IMG/VR virus record: IMGVR_UViG_3300017917_004176
Coordinates: 1 to 64,000 of that record
From: a virus
Length of the DNA: 64,000 nucleotides
Reading direction: 5' to 3' (one strand)
The notes under the pieces are model-generated. The model ran no database searches. It was not told the origin of the DNA and worked only from the letters and a program-made list of their open reading frames with translations. Shown here in pieces: positions 7,933 to 16,077 of the stretch. The first letter of the stretch is position 1. The number at the start of each line of letters is the position of its first letter. The translations under genes and the position numbers were made by a program.

Positions 7933-8330
7933 TTGACAAATGGGAGCCTTTATGTTATAATAGAATTGATTGCCTATTTTTTATTCTCCCATACCACAGC
8001 CGTCCCGCTTCGAGGGTGGCTTGACAATCCCGCTCCATCATGCTATAATTATTATATAAAGAAAAAAATCTTTTTATGGGGAGCGGGAGCCGCACTTCTG
8101 TGAGCCCTAGACAAAATGATTTTTCTATGTTATAATTATTATATAAGGTTGAGATTTGTTAAAACTGATTTCGAGCGAGAGTTCTGGTGAGTGTTGACAA
8201 ATTGAAAATCTTATGGTATAATTATTATGTAAGGTTGAAAAAGTTAAAAAACACCTTACGAACTTCGGTTCGCGAGCAAGTAGTCGGCCTTCGGAAAAAG
8301 GTTGACAAAATGTTTCAAGCATGATATAAT
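7933..8330 (+). promoter_or_regulatory. five tandem sigma-A consensus promoters
   Basis: TTGACA/TAGACA-17-TATAAT at 7933, 8021, 8108, 8194 and 8302, all with TG extended -10. Confidence 0.85.
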
Positions 8331-8381
8331 TATCATGTAAGGTAAAAAAAATATATTATAATTCAATGGGGGGCTATTCGT

Positions 8382-8747
8382 ATGTCGAGAGCACAATTTG
8401 TACAAGAAGTAGAGAAAATGGAGTTGTCACCAGAAGCGAAGGCTTATTTCGCGAAGTCTTTCAAGGCACCACGCGTGAACAAGAAAGAACAAGAAAAAGC
8501 ACAGGCAATGAAAGACGCTATCCTTGCAGTACTCGGCCAGTCAGATGACGCATTAGACCGCGAGACAATCGCCAATGCTATCAACGACGCAGCCAATCTG
8601 CCAGAAGAGTACTTGGTCAATGACAAGGGCGACCTTGCTGTCAACTCAATCACTGCATACGCTAACCAATTAGTAGCAGAAGGTTCTGTTGTTAAGGTAC
8701 AGGTTAAAGTAGGCAAAGCGAAACGCGTACACTACAAATTAGCGTAG
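8382..8747 (+). CDS. putative winged-helix DNA-binding protein (copy C)
   Basis: paralogue of 4808/6979 (NSITAYANQL); higher-GC codons. Confidence 0.65.
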   Translation: MSRAQFVQEVEKMELSPEAKAYFAKSFKAPRVNKKEQEKAQAMKDAILAVLGQSDDALDRETIANAINDAANLPEEYLVNDKGDLAVNSITAYANQLVAEGSVVKVQVKVGKAKRVHYKLA

Positions 8748-8749
8748 TA

Positions 8750-8951
8750 GTACGGCGACGGGAGTGGGGAAACTGCGTCTAGTATACGCAGAGTGTGTGT
8801 GGCACACCACTCCTAGCATTTTCCGACCAAAAAGTGCCTATATATGCCATTATATAGCACATTTACGGACATAGAGAGAGGTAGGTCTATTTACAGAATA
8901 GGCTTCTACCTCTCTTTGTGCTGTATATAAAGGTGGGTTACGGCTCCGTAC
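8750..8951 (+). ncRNA. candidate structured ncRNA or structured 3' UTR
   Basis: multiple nested helices, no ORF. Confidence 0.4.
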
Positions 8952-8978
8952 AAGAACCGAAAATATATAAGAAAAAAG

Positions 8979-9923
8979 GTGGTATTTTTGATAAGAAAAA
9001 TTGGAATAATTCTCTTTTTTATATTATTTATAGGACCTGTTTTGGGAGGAATAATGAAAACAGGAGAATACTCAGCAGATAAAAAAGAAGAGAATGTTAT
9101 AATAGAAGAAAAAAAAGATGTATTATTAGGTTATGATGAAGAACTAATAGAAAACCTAAAAGAACAAATGCCGTCTATATCTGAATATATAGAAGAAAAT
9201 AAAGAAGGAATAATTGAAGCCTCGAAAACACATTGCGAAATTGCAAAAAATATAGGAACAATGGAGGAAATGTTAGATTTAACAATAATTTCCATAGTGG
9301 CATCAACCCCATATCCAGCAGAACAAAAACTCATGGCAACTATAATAGGAATTGGAATGAGACACTATTGTTTAGATGAGGTAGAAAGACTTCTAAAAGA
9401 AGATATACCAAAAAAAGAAGATAATAGTATAAAGTATGAGATATATGAGAACGATTATATAGAAGTGAAATCATTAAAAAAAATAGCCTGTGACAAATCA
9501 TCAATTATAAAATATCTAATAACAACAGAAACAATTTCTCCTAATGATGATGGTTTTATATCACATCAAAAAATAGTAGATAATACACTCTGCTATAAAG
9601 CAACTATAAAAAATAATACAAACCAAACAATAGTTGGAATATCAACAGGAATATCAGAAGGAGGCTATTATTATAATCTATTCTCACTAGGTGTTTATGG
9701 AATTGGATATCCATATTCAGAGAAAGAAGCACTTTCTCTAAAAAAAGGAGATAGCCTAGAAATAGATATTTTTGTTTCAATAAAATATGATTTATGGCTT
9801 AACAACATACCGAGCTACAACAAAGAAAATTATGTGGACATATATTTATCCTACATAGTATCAGAAGTAAATGAAAAGTCTTTTTTTGATAACGAACAAC
9901 CAATAGTAAGAATATATAAATAA
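8979..9923 (+). CDS. membrane-anchored hypothetical protein
   Basis: N-terminal TM segment, long ORF. Confidence 0.65.
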   Translation: MVFLIRKIGIILFFILFIGPVLGGIMKTGEYSADKKEENVIIEEKKDVLLGYDEELIENLKEQMPSISEYIEENKEGIIEASKTHCEIAKNIGTMEEMLDLTIISIVASTPYPAEQKLMATIIGIGMRHYCLDEVERLLKEDIPKKEDNSIKYEIYENDYIEVKSLKKIACDKSSIIKYLITTETISPNDDGFISHQKIVDNTLCYKATIKNNTNQTIVGISTGISEGGYYYNLFSLGVYGIGYPYSEKEALSLKKGDSLEIDIFVSIKYDLWLNNIPSYNKENYVDIYLSYIVSEVNEKSFFDNEQPIVRIYK

Positions 9924-9991
9924 CTAATCATATTGACAAACTATATTTTTTCATGTTATAATATATATATAAAATAAAAAAGGGGTGTTTT

Positions 9992-10561
9992 ATGTTATTT
10001 TTAAGTAACATTTTCGCAATACTTTCAGTCGCTGCCTTAATCGCACTAATTGTCGGACTATTCAAACCCGACCTCGTGCTACCCAAGAGTTTCACCAAGC
10101 GAACTCGACCTATCGTATTCTTATTCTACTTTATTGCTATAATCTTGTCAAGCACAATCAGTGCGGCCTTCGACCCAACATCTAACACAGATGATATCGC
10201 GATTGAAGACAAAGAGAAACCAGACGATAAAGAAGAACCGAAAGAAGAGCCAGTCAAAACTCCCCAATATACAGAATTTGATATGCTCACAGAAATACAA
10301 CAAGAAACCTATATCGGCGAGTATATGGAATGGGTAGGAATTGTTTCTTCTGTTGAAACAGAATGGGGACAATATGTTATCTACTTGTGCGTAAGTGATG
10401 ATTTTTGTATAGAAGGATTTGGCGACTTTAAAGCAGAAATGAAAGAAAATGAAGAAGTATTGCTAAAAATTAAAAAAGGCGATATTCTAACTATCAAGGG
10501 TAAGTATGACGGAAAGATTTTTACACACACCCTCATCGACGCCAAAATCGTCAATAAGTAA
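9992..10561 (+). CDS. membrane protein with C-terminal OB-fold (tRNA_anti-like)
   Basis: two TM helices; YIGEYMEWVGIV...IKKGDILTIKGK pattern. Confidence 0.6.
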   Translation: MLFLSNIFAILSVAALIALIVGLFKPDLVLPKSFTKRTRPIVFLFYFIAIILSSTISAAFDPTSNTDDIAIEDKEKPDDKEEPKEEPVKTPQYTEFDMLTEIQQETYIGEYMEWVGIVSSVETEWGQYVIYLCVSDDFCIEGFGDFKAEMKENEEVLLKIKKGDILTIKGKYDGKIFTHTLIDAKIVNK

Positions 10562-10808
10562 TCCTATTGACAAACCTGAAAATATATATTATAATATATA
10601 TATAAGGTTATTTTTCCTGCTCGTAAAAAACTTCTCCCATCTGAGTTAGCAGGTTCCACGATGGTTTCAATACCACTACATCAGTCAAGGCTGAGCAGGA
10701 AGGTTCGAGCCCTTCTAGTAGTATATGGTCTTTTTGTAATAAAATAACCATACCTTTTGCTAATATATTTAGGGGAAACCCTAATATATAGTAAGGGGGC
10801 TATTAGTT

Positions 10809-11054
10809 ATGAAACAGAAACAAGGCGAAGACAAAATTGCCCGTATCGTAGCATATGGTGCGATTGGTCTAGTGTTAACTATGGCAATCCTAGAATTTGG
10901 TAGAGTATTCTTTCTTGCTGCGGTCACAGGCATCAACTATCCTGTCAATGACTCCATCATACAAGTTCTAACTGCATTCGGTTCATCTTTAATAGGTGGC
11001 GCAGTTGGATATATCGCAGGCACTAATGCTGCCAACAACAGCAATAAGAAATAA
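10809..11054 (+). CDS. small two-TM membrane protein
   Basis: hydrophobic ORF, GGGGG RBS, terminator after. Confidence 0.6.
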   Translation: MKQKQGEDKIARIVAYGAIGLVLTMAILEFGRVFFLAAVTGINYPVNDSIIQVLTAFGSSLIGGAVGYIAGTNAANNSNKK

Positions 11055-11084
11055 CTCTCGGGGGACTTGTTCCCCCAACTTTTT

Positions 11085-11156
11085 TTTGGAGTAGTTCAGT
11101 GGTAGAACATCTGGCTGTTAACCAGAGGGTCGTAGGTTCGAACCCTACCTCCAAAG
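11085..11156 (+). tRNA. tRNA-Asn(GTT)
   Basis: cloverleaf; anticodon arm tctgg-ctGTTaa-ccaga; GGTTCGAA T-loop. Confidence 0.9.
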
Positions 11157-11157
11157 T

Positions 11158-11229
11158 CGCGGGATAGAGCAGTGGTGGCTCGTTGGGTTCATAACCCAAA
11201 GGTCGTGGGTTCAAATCCCACTCCCGCAA
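11158..11229 (+). tRNA. tRNA-Met(CAT), initiator type
   Basis: C1:A72 mismatch, GGG/CCC anticodon stem, CAT anticodon. Confidence 0.88.
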
Positions 11230-11254
11230 TAAAATAAAAAAAGGAGGCGTGTCT

Positions 11255-11443
11255 ATGGGCAGCAAAATACAATGCAAGAAATGTCTTGATATCATTCAGT
11301 CTGAATATAGACACGACTTCAAGTGGTGCAGTTGTAAGTCCATCTATATAGATGGGGGCTCTGACTATACTCGTATTGGTGGTAATATCGAGAACATAGA
11401 GTTAGACCCAGAGAAGTTCAGATGGGGTACCCAAGTGGTTTAA
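11255..11443 (+). CDS. small Zn-binding phage protein
   Basis: CKKC...HDF..CSC...IDGG.DY.R motif; AGGAGG RBS. Confidence 0.7.
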   Translation: MGSKIQCKKCLDIIQSEYRHDFKWCSCKSIYIDGGSDYTRIGGNIENIELDPEKFRWGTQVV

Positions 11444-11508
11444 GGGGCTTGTTTGCTAAACAAGTAGGTCGCTCGTGCGGCGCGTAGGTTCAAATCCTAT
11501 CCCCATCG
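11421..11508 (+). tRNA. tRNA-Ser(GCT)
   Basis: long variable arm; cttgt-ttGCTaa-acaag; G73. Confidence 0.9.
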
Positions 11509-11511
11509 TAC

Positions 11512-11584
11512 GAACCATTGGCTCAGTTGGTAGAGCATCTGACTTTTAATCAGAGGGTCGGTGGTTCAAGTCCACCATGGTTCA
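11512..11584 (+). tRNA. tRNA-Lys(TTT)
   Basis: tctga-ctTTTaa-tcaga. Confidence 0.92.
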
Positions 11585-11713
11585 TAGGCGCCCAGGGAAA
11601 TGGCAAAAACTCTCCCGACAACACAACAATAACCTACTAACATGGTGCAAGTCCAAAGCCTTCACGGGCAGTAGGTGGCGCTCGATATGTTTATATGCCT
11701 GGAGGTGCTTTAT

Positions 11714-11866
11714 ATGGCTTTGAATAAAGCAATAGCAAGTGGAAAAGAAAAGCGCCAACCATACAGGAAGGCAAAGACTATTGATAAGCAGTGCAGAAAT
11801 CATGGAACTTGTAGATGGTGTTCTGGAAATAGACAACACAATAGTAAAAAAAGAATGTTATACTAA
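11714..11866 (+). CDS. small basic Cys/His protein
   Basis: GGAGG RBS; CRNHGTCRWC motif. Confidence 0.65.
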   Translation: MALNKAIASGKEKRQPYRKAKTIDKQCRNHGTCRWCSGNRQHNSKKRMLY

Positions 11867-11867
11867 C

Positions 11868-11939
11868 GCCATCGTAGCACAACGGCAGTGCAACTGACTT
11901 GTAATCAGTAGGTTGGAGGTTCAAATCCTTTCGGTGGCA
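11868..11939 (+). tRNA. tRNA-Thr(TGT)
   Basis: actga-ctTGTaa-tcagt. Confidence 0.9.
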
Positions 11940-11945
11940 TCTTTT

Positions 11946-12016
11946 AAGGGCATAGTTCAATGGTAGAATAGAGGTCTCCAAAACCTCGGATGGAGGTTCG
12001 AATCCTTCTGCCCTTG
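11946..12016 (+). tRNA. tRNA-Trp(CCA)
   Basis: gaggt-ctCCAaa-acctc. Confidence 0.9.
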
Positions 12017-12134
12017 TTGCAAAAAACAAAATAGGTTGACAAAACCTAAAAAATGATTTATAATTATTATATAAGTTATTTTTAATTGTCTGGTTTGCAG
12101 TGGGTTCGATGCGTCCCATCAAAACGCATACCAA

Positions 12135-12206
12135 GGCCTATTAGTCAAGTGGTGAAGACGCTGCCCTTTCACGGCAGAGTCACAGGTTCGAATCCTGTAT
12201 AGGTCA
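12135..12206 (+). tRNA. tRNA-Glu(TTC)
   Basis: ctgcc-ctTTCac-ggcag. Confidence 0.9.
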
Positions 12207-12207
12207 T

Positions 12208-12281
12208 CGAGGGTTGGCTTAATTGGTTAAAGCACTCGTCTGATAAGCGAGAGATTGTGGGTTCAAGTCCCATACCCTCAA
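12208..12281 (+). tRNA. tRNA-Ile(GAT)
   Basis: ctcgt-ctGATaa-gcgag; first acceptor pair mismatched. Confidence 0.82.
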
Positions 12282-12503
12282 TAAGAAAGAAGGTGTCATG
12301 TATAGACAGAGAACAGCAACATATAGAAATCTCATATCGTGACGCAGAAAGAACAGAAAGACAGGTTCAACAAAATCTATCAGTGGCGAAAGATAAACGC
12401 AGTCAAGACAATAATCTGCCCTCGGATGGTGGAACTCCACGCAAGGGTGTTGCAAGGGTGAAAGGCCCTGCCTGATACGATTTTTTATAGGAGATGGTAA
12501 AGA

Positions 12504-12914
12504 ATGAAAAGAGTTGCACTCGTGGCGATACTTTCATTGTTTACAATAGGTATAGGAAGTTGTGCGGCTGAACCTCAATTCATAAGCACAGACTTCCACA
12601 CATTTGAGGCCGAGTTTGTCAATAAAACTGAATATCAGAAAACTGACTACTGGGCCCAAATCAAAGGCAGGTATGTCAAGTGGACTGGTGTGGTGCTCGC
12701 TGTTCGTGAGGATGGCAGTATACTTATTGACATAAATCATCTTGAATTTGGAGTGGCAGAAGTTCTGCTCTCAACTGGCGAACCATCAGAAGTTTTGGCG
12801 TCCATCAATAAAGGTGACACAATCACTTTTATAGGTCGCCTCAACAGATTTGAGTATCGTGAGATTGGGCAGTACTTCTACTACCTATCAGTCGGGCAAA
12901 TAATTCCCGAATAG
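12504..12914 (+). CDS. lipoprotein with OB-fold
   Basis: lipobox IGSC; KGRYVKWTGVV...INKGDTITFIGR resembles the 9992 protein. Confidence 0.65.
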   Translation: MKRVALVAILSLFTIGIGSCAAEPQFISTDFHTFEAEFVNKTEYQKTDYWAQIKGRYVKWTGVVLAVREDGSILIDINHLEFGVAEVLLSTGEPSEVLASINKGDTITFIGRLNRFEYREIGQYFYYLSVGQIIPE

Positions 12915-13074
12915 GCATTTCCGTAAAATGTTGACAACTTTAATTTTATATGATATAATTATTATATAAGTTAAAGTTTATTAGTCCCTTATGTCTGGTG
13001 CACCAACCAGAAGAACTCTCTATCCTGCTTGTGGGACTTTCAGGGTAGCACTTTATATACAAGGAGGGAAACTT

Positions 13075-13611
13075 ATGCCGAATTGGTGCGACAATGTAGT
13101 TTATATCTATAAGTCTGAGCATGTTTCTCCCGACCTATATAAAGAGTTGGTGAGGGCTTGTGACGACAGTCGCTTACTCGACTTTCTACATCCTATGCCC
13201 CAAGAGTTGCGTGATGGTTACGCGGCCAACCATTCAGATGATAGATGGTATCACTGGGCCAACAAACACTGGGGCACTAAATGGGATGTGGACTCACCCA
13301 CCGTATTCAAAGACGACGATTACTCAATAGGTATATCGTTCTCTACGGCATGGGCAGCCCCACTAGGGGCTTTCGAACACGCACACAACAAGTGGGGATT
13401 AGAATATCATCTAATGTTCCATGAGCCGGGCGTGGAGTTGCTTGGCGAGGCAACTCATCATGGAGAAGAGTACTACGACTTCCCTTCGAACTGGGACTCA
13501 AAAGAAGACATCAAGAATGCTCTTCGACGCATCCCACAGGAAATCATAGATGCTTTCGACTTGAAGGAATTGTGGCGCGAAATCTACAATGATAATCGTG
13601 AAAATCGCTAA
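13075..13611 (+). CDS. DUF1281/YubB ferredoxin-like phage protein
   Basis: MPNWC, WY.W...HWGTKWD, FSTAW..P, EPG motifs. Confidence 0.75.
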   Translation: MPNWCDNVVYIYKSEHVSPDLYKELVRACDDSRLLDFLHPMPQELRDGYAANHSDDRWYHWANKHWGTKWDVDSPTVFKDDDYSIGISFSTAWAAPLGAFEHAHNKWGLEYHLMFHEPGVELLGEATHHGEEYYDFPSNWDSKEDIKNALRRIPQEIIDAFDLKELWREIYNDNRENR

Positions 13612-13714
13612 TCCTATTTGACTCATCAAAAACTCTGCACAGATGTTTGGATAGGTTTCCTCTGTGCCCCGCCAAAAAGAATAGACCATGGGTTGCGCGC
13701 CCGTGGTCTTTTTT

Positions 13715-14158
13715 TTATTGTGTCGTATGAAACTGCGGCAGAGCCTTCACGCGCCTCCATCTGCGGTCCTCATACTCAACCTGTTTCTGTATAATACCCT
13801 TCTCTTCTAATAGGTTAAAGTATTTGCCTATGGTGTTGCGGTGTACTCCTAGTTGCCGAGAGAGATTTGAATATGATGGTAGGAAATATCCATCTCGTTC
13901 CATCACTATTTCATATAAAGTATATAGCACTACATAATCTATCTTCTCACCAAAACCCCACTCGCGCCGAGCATGGCCCTCAAAAAGAAATATATCGAGA
14001 GATGACAAAGTGACCACAGCCGATGACCCCCTGCCTTTAACAGCAAAATGAGTTGTGTATCTTTGCCATTTCTCTATATATTTTTTTCTGTCTTTCGAGA
14101 ATGTTTTATAGGGCATTCCGATTATCTCTAATAGTTCTAATAAGGTCAGGGTTTTCAT
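13715..14158 (-). CDS. HTH transcriptional regulator
   Basis: LPSYSNLSRQLGVHRNTIGKYFNLLEEKGII wHTH; GGAG RBS. Confidence 0.7.
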   Translation of the reverse strand: MKTLTLLELLEIIGMPYKTFSKDRKKYIEKWQRYTTHFAVKGRGSSAVVTLSSLDIFLFEGHARREWGFGEKIDYVVLYTLYEIVMERDGYFLPSYSNLSRQLGVHRNTIGKYFNLLEEKGIIQKQVEYEDRRWRRVKALPQFHTTQ

Positions 14159-14300
14159 TGCGACATCTCCTTTGAGTTTTCCGATTAAAATGTGCTATTA
14201 TATATATATTTAATAGCATAATCTAGTCGGGAAATTTTACTTGATAATTTTGTAAATATATGGTATAATATATATATAAGATAAAAATAGGGGGAATAGT

Positions 14301-14747
14301 ATGAGCGACATCAAAATTAAGAGTTATTATTATGAAGAGCCCAATCAGGAATATATAATGAACTTGGGGTGGGCCATCGAACAAGATAATGAAAATAGTA
14401 ATAACGCCTTGTATTTACAAATCAAAGACAAGTTAGGTAAAAAGAATTGGGACACCATGTATCACAAAGAAAAGATAGATTTCATAATGACTGCTATGGG
14501 CGCCGACTCTCAAACTGCCGAACTTATGGTTGGTTATTATAATTGGAAACACTGCAAAAATAAAATCAGTCATGTTAAAGCCGCATTCTTTGATTGCGAA
14601 ATGGACTTCATGGAGGCGCAGTTTGATATTCATAGTCTTAAATATAATTTGCAGTCTGCTAAATCTACAAAACGCAAGTCTAGCAAGAGCAACAATAATG
14701 ACGATAATTTTGGCGGCGGCTTTTTCGCAGGGAGGTTATGGGGATAA
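14301..14747 (+). CDS. hypothetical protein
   Basis: ORF with promoter and RBS; shares a domain with 17623. Confidence 0.7.
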   Translation: MSDIKIKSYYYEEPNQEYIMNLGWAIEQDNENSNNALYLQIKDKLGKKNWDTMYHKEKIDFIMTAMGADSQTAELMVGYYNWKHCKNKISHVKAAFFDCEMDFMEAQFDIHSLKYNLQSAKSTKRKSSKSNNNDDNFGGGFFAGRLWG

Positions 14748-15022
14748 TGTATTATACACAAAAATGGGTTATGGACGACTACTATCATGTGGCGCACCCG
14801 AACCAAATCAATTTACAACATTGGCGCTATCCAGCGATAGACTTGGGGTATACGCAAGTTGTAGATTATATTCAATTCTTAAAAGCAAATTATACGAGTG
14901 TGCGGGTGCGTGTCAATCGTGACTACAAAGGCAAGTTGGTTGGTCTGCTTATTGATTTCAAAGACCAGACTGAATGCGATAATTTAGTTCAAATCCTAAA
15001 TGAAAGGAGTGCGGCCCAATGA
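14747..15022 (+). CDS. hypothetical protein
   Basis: TAATG-coupled ORF. Confidence 0.65.
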   Translation: MYYTQKWVMDDYYHVAHPNQINLQHWRYPAIDLGYTQVVDYIQFLKANYTSVRVRVNRDYKGKLVGLLIDFKDQTECDNLVQILNERSAAQ

Positions 15023-15216
15023 AAAATTTTAACCTTCTATTGAGTGAAGATGAAGTAAAATCTATATTAACTGCTATTGATAGCAGGTATGCGGAATTAG
15101 ATGAAGCATTGGCTTACTTAAACCAAGAAAAGTATGGCGACATGTACGACGACATTATAACTGAAATGGAATACTATGATGGTCTTGCCAAGCGACTTGA
15201 AAATCTTTTGAAATAA
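15019..15216 (+). CDS. hypothetical protein
   Basis: ATGA overlap, AGGAG RBS. Confidence 0.65.
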   Translation: MKNFNLLLSEDEVKSILTAIDSRYAELDEALAYLNQEKYGDMYDDIITEMEYYDGLAKRLENLLK

Positions 15217-15255
15217 GTTTATTTTTCAGTCGTCAAGTTTCTTTATTATATTTAT

Positions 15256-15285
15256 ATTATAGCACAAAATAATCGGAATTGTCAA
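15256..15285 (-). promoter_or_regulatory. antisense sigma-A promoter
   Basis: minus strand TTGACA-18-TATAAT with TG extension. Confidence 0.6.
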
Positions 15286-15305
15286 GTACAAAAAGGAGGT
15301 GCCCT

Positions 15306-15446
15306 ATGGATACTTTAATTGGTATCCTGTGGACAACATGGGAGTTAGTTAATATAGCATTTTGGTTATTTATATTTGTAGTATTTATTGCCTCTATATG
15401 GCATTGGAGTGAAATAGTTTGGAACAAATGGTTTAATCGACAATAG
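15306..15446 (+). CDS. 46-aa membrane peptide
   Basis: AGGAGG RBS; MDTLIGILWTTW... hydrophobic. Confidence 0.6.
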   Translation: MDTLIGILWTTWELVNIAFWLFIFVVFIASIWHWSEIVWNKWFNRQ

Positions 15447-15457
15447 GAGGAAAGAAT

Positions 15458-15676
15458 ATGTTAAACACTAGACAAGATGAAATAAAGATTTTGGCCGCAT
15501 ATTATGATGAAATGTATAATAAGTTAGACGATGATGTTCATGAATTATACCATGCTATTGAACAAAATGTCAAGCAACTTGAAGAGTTAAAGAAAGAGCG
15601 TAATAAATATGAGGCGCTTGTTCTTGCTTATGAGTATGAATTAGAGCGATTGCAGCGAGGAGGTCTAACTCTATGA
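15458..15676 (+). CDS. coiled-coil hypothetical protein
   Basis: ORF, AGGAGG RBS. Confidence 0.65.
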   Translation: MLNTRQDEIKILAAYYDEMYNKLDDDVHELYHAIEQNVKQLEELKKERNKYEALVLAYEYELERLQRGGLTL

Positions 15677-15930
15677 TTAGGTCAGCACAAGATATTCGCA
15701 GTGAAATGCAAGAGACAGAGGATTATAAAAGAATTGTAGAGAAAGAAGTTTTTAATGTTATGCGCGCTATCGAGTCTGCAAAAGAGCGTGGATTCACAAG
15801 TACATGTTTTAGTGTGGCTCATCAGTATAAAGACGAGATTAAAAAAATGTTTTTAGTCAAAGGATATTCGTTTAGACCAACAGGATATATTGGCGGCGTC
15901 TGGCAACAGACTGAACATATTTGTTGGTAA
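15673..15930 (+). CDS. hypothetical protein
   Basis: ATGA overlap, AGGAGG RBS. Confidence 0.65.
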   Translation: MIRSAQDIRSEMQETEDYKRIVEKEVFNVMRAIESAKERGFTSTCFSVAHQYKDEIKKMFLVKGYSFRPTGYIGGVWQQTEHICW

Positions 15931-16077
15931 GATAATTATAATTTAGACAAGGTGGTTTTTATATATGATACACACATTAGTCAATACTATTGGTTTGCAG
16001 AATATACTAATTCTAGTAATTGGTTCCATAGCAGTATTTATGGGCTGCATTTATCTTGAAAGGAAAGGGTGATTTGC

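Noticed and set aside
7340-7936. ORFs 7340..7582, 7588..7836 and 7595..7936
   Set aside because: Translations of the repeat block; no RBS, low-complexity products
12375-12400. SAM-I riboswitch (CTATC...GAAAGATAA)
   Set aside because: The two signature ends are adjacent, with none of the P2-P4 core between them
11023-12475. ORFs 11023..11295, 11778..12134, 12219..12455 and 12257..12475
   Set aside because: They overlap tRNA genes and give typical tRNA-shadow peptides
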